In this document: positions 48,984-58,500 of the stretch, piece by piece
Layout of the letters: the number at the start of each line of letters is the position of its first letter
Numbering within the stretch: the first letter of the stretch is position 1
Origin: Hyphomicrobiales bacterium
GTDB lineage: Bacteria; Pseudomonadota; Alphaproteobacteria; Rhizobiales; Rhizobiaceae
Direction: 5' to 3'
DNA: 64,000 nt
NCBI GenBank assembly: GCA_011087605.1
Contig: JAALLE010000008.1
Location: 6,979 to 70,978, forward strand
The notes under the pieces: generated by a model
Seen by the model: only the letters and a program-made list of their open reading frames with translations
What the model was told of the DNA's origin: nothing
The model's database searches: none
Position numbers and translations under genes: made by a program

Positions 48984-48998
48984 ATTTCCTTCAGTTCT

Positions 48999-49610
48999 TC
49001 AAAAACTGGACACCAGACGTTTCCACCAGCTTAAGACATTAACAGGTGCCGCATCCGATTGCGACCGGTTGGCCCGGCGCCATTCCGCTGGAGCTTCAAA
49101 CCGACCCGACCATATCCCCGCCTTGTCGCGGCGGGCCACCCCTTCTTCGCCGGCGTAGCCACCAAAATCTGTTGCCCAACCCAGCTCCACCTGGCGGGCA
49201 TTGATTTCAGTGCCGTTGACTGAACAGACCGCCAGCAGACGCCGATATTGGTCTTCACCGTGAGTTTGACACTGAACATCAAAATTGCCGACCAGTTGTC
49301 GCAGCGACGAACGTGAGTCCCGACCACAAGGCCAGGTCTTGGCATCTCGTCGGCATAACTGCCTTAATTCCGGCGCATCAATGCCCATCAGGCGAATTCT
49401 GTTGCGATTAATTTCCAGACTGTCGCCGTCAATCACGGTGGCTCGGCCCGATAATGACCTGCTGCCGGTGCCATCCACCCAAACGATCAAAGCCGTCAAT
49501 GCAGCAAAACCAACCAATGTGCTCCCGAGGCCCGACCAACCACTCCGGCGGCGGCGGCGAGAACGTCGAGAACGGCGATGGCGGCGTTGTGTTGAAGTTG
49601 GTGCGGCCAT
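48999..49610 (-). CDS. Membrane-anchored thermonuclease (SNase) family protein
   Basis: It has the SNase core VIDGDSLEINRNRIRLMGIDAPE...YRRLLAVC...ARQVELGWA. The N-terminus is QRRHRRSRRSRRRRRS followed by a TM helix. I start at MAAPTST. The upstream 51 codons in the track ORF look non-coding. Confidence 0.8.
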   Translation of the reverse strand: MAAPTSTQRRHRRSRRSRRRRRSGWSGLGSTLVGFAALTALIVWVDGTGSRSLSGRATVIDGDSLEINRNRIRLMGIDAPELRQLCRRDAKTWPCGRDSRSSLRQLVGNFDVQCQTHGEDQYRRLLAVCSVNGTEINARQVELGWATDFGGYAGEEGVARRDKAGIWSGRFEAPAEWRRANRSQSDAAPVNVLSWWKRLVSSF

Positions 49611-49725
49611 AGATAACCTAATCGCGGAACAGTCAAAATTTTCACGCCACGTTAACGCAAAATTTTCCATCCTCGTAGGACAATAGGTCCAGTTCTCAGT
49701 TTTACCCACTTGCCGATTAAGTATC

Positions 49726-51306
49726 ATGTCCGTGCAGGCACAAAAAAACCACGACAAGACCATTGTTGAACGCAGGGTTGCTCATGCTGGATCAAAGTCC
49801 AGGCAGGCGGTGAAACACTTGCGCGCGGGCATGGGGTCCCGCGGTGGTTCAAGAAATTCCACCGGGTTTGAAATTGATATCCTGAGGCGCCACGCCAAAC
49901 ACCAGAAATCAACCATACTGGTGCAACTTATTGGCTTTGCACTAACGGCTTTGGTTGGACAACATTATCTGCCTTTATTGACGATAGGCATCTGGTTGGG
50001 CATCGCATTTGTTTTGACCGCAATCGGATATCAACTGACGACATCCTATCTTAAGGCCGAACCGAAAGAACAGATCGCCAATAAATGGGAAAACCGGTTT
50101 GTAGCAATGCGCCTTCTTACCGGATTTGCGTGGGCCGGGCTGGTGGTTATGTTGTCTGCGCAAGGGGCGCTGGCAGCCGCTCCAATAATTACCCTGACGA
50201 TGGTCATGCTGGTTTGTGGCATGTCGCTGCTCCAGTCCCGTTTTTTGAATTTTGGTGTGATCATTGAATCTGCCCCAACGATTCTGGCTCCATCCGTGTT
50301 GCTGTTTTCCGGTTTTTCAACACAGCATTTAACAGTCGCCACATTGGGATTGGCTGTGATGCTGTTTTTTCATTTTGTCGCCAACACAATGCGCAACTCC
50401 TATATCAACTATCTCACAGCTCGGGCAGAACGCGACCAATTGGTGATGGAGCTGGAAGCCTCCCATAGTATTTCCGATGAAGCCCGCAGACGCGCAGAAG
50501 AATCCAACCTCGCAAAATCTCGCTTTCTAGCAACCATGAGTCACGAACTCAGGACACCACTAAATGCGATCTTGGGATTTTCCGAAGTTATGACCAATGA
50601 AGTCATGGGGCCTATCGATAACGATCATTACAAGGAATATCTGGGAGACATCCATCGTTCGGGCAGTCATCTGCTAAAATTGATCAACGAAATTCTGGAC
50701 CTGTCACGGGTCGAAGCCGGGCGGTACGAACTCAATGAAGAAGCCACCAGCCTGGCCCATGCTGCAGATGAATCCCAGCAAATGATGAAATTGAAGGCAG
50801 CCGAAAAACGAGTGACCATTGTCACCCAAATTCAACCGGAACTGCCTCAGCTCTGGGCCGATTCGCGGTCGGTGCGTCAGGTGATCTTGAACCTGTTATC
50901 CAATGCGTTGAAATTCACTCCTTCAGGCGGCACGATCTGGCTGAAAGTCGGTTGGACCGCAGGTGGCGGCCAATATGTATCGGTAAAAGATACGGGACCG
51001 GGTATTCCCGAAGATGAAATCCCAATCGTTCTGTCTTCCTTCGGCCAGGGATCAATCGCCATCAAGTCTGCCGAACAGGGTACCGGGCTGGGTCTGCCAA
51101 TCGTTCAGGCTTTGGTTCACATGCACGAAGGCAGTTTTGATCTGAAAAGCAAATTGCGTGAAGGCACGGAAGTCATCGCGACGTTCCCGAAAAGCCGCGT
51201 AATGGAGAAACTTCCAGTAATCCCAGTGGAAGGTCAAAACCAAAGCCGGATCAACAGCTTCTCCAACGTCCGTCGCAAGGTCCAGGCGCCGCAGATGACC
51301 GACTGA
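49726..51306 (+). CDS. Membrane sensor histidine kinase (orphan, no adjacent response regulator)
   Basis: It has about 5-6 TM helices, then the H-box FLATMSHELRTPLNAILGFSE, and an HATPase with GTGLGLPIV. The exact start is uncertain. Confidence 0.85.
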   Translation: MSVQAQKNHDKTIVERRVAHAGSKSRQAVKHLRAGMGSRGGSRNSTGFEIDILRRHAKHQKSTILVQLIGFALTALVGQHYLPLLTIGIWLGIAFVLTAIGYQLTTSYLKAEPKEQIANKWENRFVAMRLLTGFAWAGLVVMLSAQGALAAAPIITLTMVMLVCGMSLLQSRFLNFGVIIESAPTILAPSVLLFSGFSTQHLTVATLGLAVMLFFHFVANTMRNSYINYLTARAERDQLVMELEASHSISDEARRRAEESNLAKSRFLATMSHELRTPLNAILGFSEVMTNEVMGPIDNDHYKEYLGDIHRSGSHLLKLINEILDLSRVEAGRYELNEEATSLAHAADESQQMMKLKAAEKRVTIVTQIQPELPQLWADSRSVRQVILNLLSNALKFTPSGGTIWLKVGWTAGGGQYVSVKDTGPGIPEDEIPIVLSSFGQGSIAIKSAEQGTGLGLPIVQALVHMHEGSFDLKSKLREGTEVIATFPKSRVMEKLPVIPVEGQNQSRINSFSNVRRKVQAPQMTD

Positions 51307-51331
51307 CGACCTACCCCTGCCCTAACAAAAA

Positions 51332-51955
51332 CTATTGCGCCAGCCGGTAATCCTTGGGGACATAAAAAACATAGTCACGACTGGCTCGACCAACATGACA
51401 TGTGTGGCAATAGTCCACCAATTCAGGCTCTTCCCCAATTGTATCCCCAAACACCGTGCCGTCTGGGATTACCATGACATAGCGCCAATCGGCGGTTTTT
51501 GGGTTTCTTCCTGCTTCCAGTTTTTCCATCACAAACATAGCACCGGGGAACGTCTTTCCTTCAGAAGTCACGGTAATTGTGTCTTTGGCAAAGATTGTGC
51601 CGGGTGGATAGGTCTGCCCGTTTTTCAACTTGCCGTAGTCGCGGCCCAACTCATTGGCATAATTGTTGACAAAGCGCTGACCGTGGGTCGCTGATAGATA
51701 AGGGGCAGAATTATACCGTTTCCAGTTTTGATAGCCCGAGATCAACTGCATGTTGGAAATCGAATAACGTTCATCAAGGACGGCCTTGAGAGAATCATAT
51801 ATTTTGTTGGCTTCCTGATGCGACAGGTCTGCCGGGTTCTTGACCGCAATATGAGCGGTTTCTGCATCTTCTTGAGCAATTGCCTGGAGGCTTGTCACAG
51901 ACAGGAACAAACTCAGACAAAGGCCCTTGCAAAAATTCAATTGCGCCTTCTTCAT
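51332..51955 (-). CDS. Cytochrome P460 family protein
   Basis: 207 aa with a signal peptide, a C-terminal haem motif CHTCH, and a preceding DWRYVMV..DGTVFG block typical of P460 / cytochrome c-prime-beta proteins. Confidence 0.78.
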   Translation of the reverse strand: MKKAQLNFCKGLCLSLFLSVTSLQAIAQEDAETAHIAVKNPADLSHQEANKIYDSLKAVLDERYSISNMQLISGYQNWKRYNSAPYLSATHGQRFVNNYANELGRDYGKLKNGQTYPPGTIFAKDTITVTSEGKTFPGAMFVMEKLEAGRNPKTADWRYVMVIPDGTVFGDTIGEEPELVDYCHTCHVGRASRDYVFYVPKDYRLAQ

Positions 51956-52067
51956 CTGGCCACTCCCTTGCAGTTGCGTGGAAAAGCCAGATTAAGACGA
52001 ATTCAGCGAGGCGTCGTTGATATTGAGCCCAGTCTCACCAAACTGTGTGGACAGTTGAACGAAGTTC

Positions 52068-53087
52068 CTATGTTTCTTTGCCGCTAACCGCAGCTTCGGC
52101 AAAGGTTGCCATGCCGGTATGACAGAGCGCTGCCGATTTGATGATACCCGCAGCCAACGCGGCTCCCGTCCCTTCACCCAGCCGCATGTCGAGATTGAGC
52201 AATGCTGTATTGTTCATAGCCTGCAGCGCCTTTTGATGGGCCGGCTCGGCGGAAACATGGGCAAACATGCAATGGTCAAGACTGGTGGAATCTGCCGCAT
52301 ATAAGACGGCGGCTGCGGCACTGGCCACAAAACCATCTATGACCACTGGTATACGCTGCACTCGTCCCGCGAGAATTGCACCGGCCATGGCCGCGATTTC
52401 GCGACCACCAAGGCGCCGCAGAACTTCCAACGGATCGCCAAGATGATCTGCATGCAACTGAACGGCCTTGTTGATGACACCAGCCTTCAACGCAACGCCT
52501 GCCGGGTCGTGGCCGGTGCCCGGGCCCACCCACTCCTCAGCAGTACCACCAAACAGGGCCAGATAGATCGCAGAGGCGATTGTCGTGTTTCCAATACCCA
52601 TCTCACCAATACACAGCAAATCTGTACCACCGGCGATGCTTTCCATGCCAAAAGCCATGGTTGCCGCACAGGTGCGCTCATCCATAGCAGCTTCTTGGGA
52701 GATGTCTTTGGTAGGAATCTCCAGGGCCAGATCAAACACCTTCAATCCAAGATCATTGGCGATGCATATCTGATTGATCGCGGCCCCTCCATTGGTGAAA
52801 TTTGCAACCATCTGGGCAGTAACTTCCGAAGGAAACGGAGACACACCTTGTTTTGTGACACCATGATTGCCCGCGAAAATCGCCACCAGAGGGCGGTTGA
52901 CCTGTGGCTTTCTGCCGGTCCACGCCGCCAGCCATTGGGCGATGTCTTCCAGTTTACCCAAGGCTCCAGGTGGTTTGGTCAGTTGCGAATCTCGCTCAGC
53001 AACCATCTGCGCAGCATGGGTGTCCGGACCCGGAAGCGACTTAAACAGTGCGCGGATGTCATCGAAAGGCAAAGCGGAATTGGACAT
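52068..53087 (-). CDS. cobT: Nicotinate-nucleotide--dimethylbenzimidazole phosphoribosyltransferase
   Basis: 339 aa with the blocks FAGNHGV, GEMGIGNTT, and LDMRLGEGTGAA. Confidence 0.95.
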   Translation of the reverse strand: MSNSALPFDDIRALFKSLPGPDTHAAQMVAERDSQLTKPPGALGKLEDIAQWLAAWTGRKPQVNRPLVAIFAGNHGVTKQGVSPFPSEVTAQMVANFTNGGAAINQICIANDLGLKVFDLALEIPTKDISQEAAMDERTCAATMAFGMESIAGGTDLLCIGEMGIGNTTIASAIYLALFGGTAEEWVGPGTGHDPAGVALKAGVINKAVQLHADHLGDPLEVLRRLGGREIAAMAGAILAGRVQRIPVVIDGFVASAAAAVLYAADSTSLDHCMFAHVSAEPAHQKALQAMNNTALLNLDMRLGEGTGAALAAGIIKSAALCHTGMATFAEAAVSGKET

Positions 53088-53209
53088 GGAACCTCAGAAG
53101 AAATAATTGCGTAGGACTGAAGGTGAGCTATAACGCGACTGAATGGTCGAAACACAGCGCTCCAGAGATCGTGGCCGAATACTTGTGACACCAACATTTA
53201 GAGGTCAAC

Positions 53210-54034
53210 GTGATTCACAGATTATTTGCAGACACACGGTCGAGCATTCTGTTTCTGTCGCGACTACCTGTGTCTTATTCAGCACAAACCAGCCGGCCTG
53301 ACTTCAGTTACTCGGCGCGTTGCTTTGCTTTTGCTGGATTGGTCATTGCTATTCCTGCCGCGCTAATTTTGTGGATAACATTCAACACCGGTCTGCCCGC
53401 CCCTGCAGTGGCGATTCTGGCGGTGGCAACAATGATAATCGTTACCGGAGCTCTGCACGAAGATGGCCTGGCTGACACGGCAGACGGCTTCTGGGGTGGA
53501 CACAGCAAACAGCGTAAACTCGAAATCATGCGCGATAGCGCAATTGGCACCTATGGCGTGCTTGGGCTGACCGTCACAATATTTTTGCGCGTGGCTTTCT
53601 ACACATATTTGATTGAAAGTCTCGGCGGTGCTGCAGCAGCAATTGTGCTGATGGCCAATGCCAGTTTGAGCCGCGCCGCCATGTTGCAACCCTGGATGCG
53701 TCTACCTCCGGCCCGCCCCGGTCCAGATGCTGATGAACACAGCAATCCATCGGGCGGTCAAAAACCAGCATCCGGCCTGTCTGCCCGCTATGGAATGCCC
53801 ACCAGCGCGACGATGACGTGGGGAACACTCGCCGCACTGCCTGCTGTGTTTATGTTAATCTGGAACTGCGGTGCTGTTTCCGCGTTGAGTGCGCTGGTCG
53901 GACTTCAATTCTGTGTTTTGATCATGACCCGGCTGAGCAAGACTCATATTGAAGGCCACAGTGGTGATACTTTGGGGGCGACACAACAATTGTCGGAATT
54001 GGGGCTTTTGCTCGGCCTTGTTTGGACTATGTAA
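53210..54034 (+). CDS. cobS: Adenosylcobinamide-GDP ribazoletransferase (cobalamin synthase)
   Basis: 274 aa and polytopic. It has the motif TGALHEDGLADTADG. The start is GTG, with GAGG 6 nt upstream. Confidence 0.9.
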   Translation: MIHRLFADTRSSILFLSRLPVSYSAQTSRPDFSYSARCFAFAGLVIAIPAALILWITFNTGLPAPAVAILAVATMIIVTGALHEDGLADTADGFWGGHSKQRKLEIMRDSAIGTYGVLGLTVTIFLRVAFYTYLIESLGGAAAAIVLMANASLSRAAMLQPWMRLPPARPGPDADEHSNPSGGQKPASGLSARYGMPTSATMTWGTLAALPAVFMLIWNCGAVSALSALVGLQFCVLIMTRLSKTHIEGHSGDTLGATQQLSELGLLLGLVWTM

Positions 54035-54039
54035 GGACA

Positions 54040-54300
54040 ATGAACTCTTCTGCCCCCATCAAGTCCCCATGCATCCTGGTCTGTGCGATTGAGCCGGAAT
54101 CCGGCCATTGTTACGGTTGTGGCCGAAACCGCGATGAAATTGCCGGCTGGATGAATTTCTCGGCCGAGTTTCGTGATCAAATCATGGAAGAACTACCGGC
54201 ACGGGTTTCAAAACTGGAACGACGTCCGAGACGCGTAACCCGAAGAGCTCGGTTGCGCGGCGACACCAAGCGACGTGACGTTTTGGACATCTCGTCCTGA
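54040..54300 (+). CDS. DUF1289 domain protein
   Basis: It has the pattern SPCILVCAIEPESGHCYGCGRNRDEIAGW (Cys-rich DUF1289 core). ATG 54040 avoids overlap with cobS. Confidence 0.8.
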   Translation: MNSSAPIKSPCILVCAIEPESGHCYGCGRNRDEIAGWMNFSAEFRDQIMEELPARVSKLERRPRRVTRRARLRGDTKRRDVLDISS

Positions 54301-55004
54301 TGGGTCGATTTTTCTGGATTCTTGTTGGCCTGGCGGGGTTGGTGTTGATTTTGCTGATCGCCAGTGGTGACACTGGAACAACACTCGGTTTTGAAAGCAA
54401 CCAATTCGGAACCGCTGCCGTTTCTGCACTTTGGGCATTGTTGATCGGGTCAGCGGTATTCGGCCGCGGTGCAGGAATTTGGGAAACCCTTAAGCAACTC
54501 GGCATTTGGATTCTGATCATCCTTGCGCTGATGGCCGCTTATGTATTTCGCTTCGATCTACAGGATCTCGCGTCGCGATTCAGTGGTGGAGTCATTCCTG
54601 GAACACCGATTTCTGCTCAAGACGACGATGGACGCCAGACTGTAACTCTCATCCGGTCGGATAACGGGCATTTTGAAGCGACGGCGGGCGTCAATCAGCA
54701 AAGCGTCCGGTTTTTGGTGGATACGGGGGCCAGTTCCATTGTTCTCAGCCACCGAGATGCAAATAGCGCCGGCATCAATGTTGATCAACTAAGTTACTCC
54801 ATCACCACACAGACAGCCAATGGTCGGGGGCGCGCTGCACGGGCCAGAATTGACGACTTTTACCTGGGTGGCATCGAGCGCCGGAATATGCGCGTATTGG
54901 TGGCGGAACCTGGAATGCTGGGACAGAGCCTGTTGGGGCAACAGTTTCTGGAGTCTTTGCATTCATACGAGAAACGCGGCGACCGGTTGACGCTTCGCGA
55001 CTGA
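54300..55004 (+). CDS. Membrane-bound retropepsin-like aspartic protease (TIGR02281-like)
   Basis: It has N-terminal TM helices and the catalytic motif FLVDTGASSIVLS. Its start overlaps the DUF1289 stop by 1 nt (TGATG). Confidence 0.8.
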   Translation: MGRFFWILVGLAGLVLILLIASGDTGTTLGFESNQFGTAAVSALWALLIGSAVFGRGAGIWETLKQLGIWILIILALMAAYVFRFDLQDLASRFSGGVIPGTPISAQDDDGRQTVTLIRSDNGHFEATAGVNQQSVRFLVDTGASSIVLSHRDANSAGINVDQLSYSITTQTANGRGRAARARIDDFYLGGIERRNMRVLVAEPGMLGQSLLGQQFLESLHSYEKRGDRLTLRD

Positions 55005-55112
55005 CCAAACTTTTGAGTGAGAAATAAAAAACCACCCTAGTTGACCTAGATCATACGAGACACCGACACCTGATGTCACAATTGTCGCGTTAATTGAGAA
55101 AGGATCAACTCC

Positions 55113-55523
55113 ATGTACTCCAATATTCTTGTGCCTGTTGTCTTTGAACATGAACCGTCTGTCGAGCAGGCTTTGGCCGTTGCCAAAGAGCTTTGCGCAG
55201 AAGGTGGTAAAATAACATTGCTCCATGTGGTCGAAGAAATTCCTTCTTATGCGGCGACGATGATTCCGAAGGAAGTCTGGGCCAATTCGGTTAAGTCCGC
55301 GCAGGTAGACATCAAGGCCTATGCGTCCAAATACCATAAATCTGCCCATACCGATGTGATCAAGGGTCATTCAAGCCGGGCCATCCTGGATTACGGGGAG
55401 GAGCACAACTGCGATTGCGTCGTAATCGCATCGCACAAACCAGGTCTTGAAGACTATTTCCTGGGTTCAACAGCGGCTCGTGTTGTCCGACACGCCAAAT
55501 GCGCGGTTCATATTTTACGCTAG
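55113..55523 (+). CDS. Universal stress protein (UspA family)
   Basis: 136 aa. It begins MYSNILVPVVFEH and ends GSTAARVVRHAKCAVHILR. AAGGA is the Shine-Dalgarno sequence. Confidence 0.9.
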   Translation: MYSNILVPVVFEHEPSVEQALAVAKELCAEGGKITLLHVVEEIPSYAATMIPKEVWANSVKSAQVDIKAYASKYHKSAHTDVIKGHSSRAILDYGEEHNCDCVVIASHKPGLEDYFLGSTAARVVRHAKCAVHILR

Positions 55524-55566
55524 CGGATTTGTCAGGACTGAGAAATCAAGGCATGCTCTGGTGTCT

Positions 55567-58500
55567 TTATGCCGTTGGAACGGTGAACACTTCAGCAGGT
55601 AGGTTTGAATCATAGATCACTTGAATGCCCATCAATGGGTCGGTGGAAAAATCCTCTGGATTTGAAATTGTTACGTCAGCAATCTTTTGGTTTTTGACCA
55701 ATAATTGGACGACAAAATCTGAAGATGGATCGGTATCATCGCTGAAGGCTATGTCTGCAACCGTTGTGTCCAATGCTTCAATATTGAGGAAATCTTCACC
55801 CAGCGTGAAATCGAGAACGGTGTCATCAGCTCCCGTATTGTCGAACACGAACTGGTCGTTGCCTGCGCCACCAATCAGTGTATCGGCACCGAGACCGCCA
55901 ATCAGAATGTCGTGGCCCGTGCCGCCATCGAGCGTATCTTTGCCCTGCCCACCCAGCAAGAAATCGTTACCATCCTCGCCGTAGAGAAAATCCCCGATCT
56001 GAACTCCAATAAGAATATCATTTCCAGCCCCGCCAAAGATTTCATCGTATTCAGATGAATTCTCAATCTTATCGTTTCCGGGGGTGCCGAAAATCTCACC
56101 CTTGTCACCATTGCCACCCGAACCCGGGACAACTGTAAAGTTTGACGGATCGCTCTCTGCCGCCGTCATCCCGACTGTCGTCGTAATCGGGTCGCTGGAG
56201 GAAACACCATCGTTGACGGTGAACGATATTTCACGGGTATCGGTGGTTATGTCTGGTGATGAACCCGTGCTGAAGGTTACCGACTGAAGGGCGGTTTCAT
56301 ATTCTTGCAAAGTCGCTTCGCCAGAAAGGGTTAGTAGGCCGGTGGCGGCGTTGTAGCTTCCCGAAATTCCAGATTGGGCGACGAAGCCTAGAATATCGGT
56401 GCTTGCATCAAAGTTTGTTAGCTGCACCTGTGCACTTTGGATAGTTTCACCATCATCGCTTATGTCTATGCTCGGGAAAATGATCTGTGCACCATCGCCT
56501 TGAGTGTAGGCAAGCAAGGGATCGCCAACCGGATCACTGAGTATTGGTGTGGAGTTTACGCCTGTGATTGTAACCGTGAAGGTTTCGGCATCTGTGCCGC
56601 CGTCGCCATCGTCGATCTGCAAAGTGTAAGTCAAAACTAACATCTGTCCAAAAGCCAGATAGCTGAATACCGACGCGGGCGCTGTAAAAGTTGGTGCCAG
56701 GGAACCATTATCGGTTCCGGCAGCCTTGGTAACGTCCAGATCTTTGATCAACGCGATCAGGTCGGCATTGGTTGCCGTTAATCCAGTTATCTCGCCACTG
56801 GCGACGACATTGGTGATCGTTGCACTATGTCCCACATCGTTCAGATCGACATCTTCAAATGTTACGGCGCCAATCGAAACGGTGATCGGTGACCCGTCAA
56901 TGGATTCATCAATTGCCGCATTGCTGATGGCGTCGATTACCGGCTCGTCATTGGTTCCTGTAACCGTAACAACGATTTGCAGCAACCTGGTTGAAGACTC
57001 AGCCGGACCCGAGCCGTTTTGATCATCGACCACCACATCATAAGTTATGGTGAGAACCTCTCCCAGGGTCAGATAGTCGAACGCGGTCGGGGTCGATGCA
57101 AAATCCCAATTGAGTTGATCCAACACTTCACCATCGGCCAGCACTTGCAGCGCAGATGTTTGTGTTTGTGAAGCGGTTTTGGCCTGGTTGCTGCTGGCGT
57201 CTGTCAGGGTCAGGAATCCAAGCAGCAATTCGTCCATCAGGATCAGATCATCATCTCCGTCCAACTGGGCATCAACATTGGCTACCCTGACATTGACCAC
57301 ATCGCTGCTGTCAACATCACTGACAGTTACCGCGCCGCTCTCAACCAGTGCGCCATCGGTTTCGGCAATGGCCGCAGGTTGCACATAGCCGGAGATATCG
57401 GGCTGATCGTTGGCGCCGGTTATCAGCACGATGACAGTTTGTTCATCCCATTCCTGCTCCGATGCATCACCTTGCCCGCTGTCGTCCTTGACACGGATTG
57501 TATAGGACAATTGAAGCGTCTCGTTCTCAGCCAGAAAATCGAATGCTTCCACCAGATCTGCTGATCCGGCGACGGGTGTGGAAGAGTTAAATTGCCAGTG
57601 CAAAACATCATTGGTTTCACCATCACCCAGAATCTGCACATTCTGATTGGTGGTAAAATCTCCCGGTTGCGATGTCGCACCGGCTACATCCGCCAGTTTC
57701 ATGAAGTTCAACAATGTCGCATTGGTGATTACATAATCACCATCAGGATGGCCGTCGCGCTGCACCACGATTGAATCGCCGGTAGCTCCCTGCACCATCG
57801 AAACCGGCGAACTGGCGTCTTCACCGACCGGGCGGCCATAAACGGCTTCAACATTGGTGACTGATGCATCAATTTTGTCACTGCTGTCTATGTCATGAAC
57901 CGTCAAGCTTCCGGTCAACGTCAAGAGACTGTCCGCTTCGGTCAGCGCACCCCCGGCAACGTCACTTTCATCGATGAATATGTCCGGTTGATCGTTGGTA
58001 CCCTTAATGATGATTGTGACCATCTGGAATGAGGAAGATGGCTCGTTGGGAGCCGGATTTGAACCAGCGGAAATGAAATTGTTGTCAACGACCTCAACAG
58101 CCACCTTCAGCGTCAAAGTTTCACCAAGCGCCAGAAAATCAAAGTTCTCCGCGCCGGAATCAAAATCCCAATGCAGAGTGTCGGCGGTTTCCGCTGAACC
58201 CAGAATTTGGATGATATGTCCGTCGGCAGCCGGGCCGTCAGTGCCATCATCAATGGCATCGCGCAAAGTGAACATCGATTTCAACGTTGCATTGTTGATT
58301 GTTCGCCCGTCCCCATCAGTGCCCAGGATAACAACGTCACCACTCGCGTTGACGGTCACACTGGACGACGGATCAACTGCGGTGACACTTGGCGTGACCG
58401 TATTCATTTTTGCCGTCAGAATGTCGGTCGTATCGATGTCGGCAATATCGAACATGCCAGTGGTTTGATGGGGGCCATCGCTTTCGACAAACATCTGACT

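Noticed and set aside
53088-53209. Cobalamin riboswitch between the divergent cobT and cobS genes
   Set aside because: The spacer is only 122 bp, and I could not find a B12-box-like GCCACTG core or the expected paired regions.
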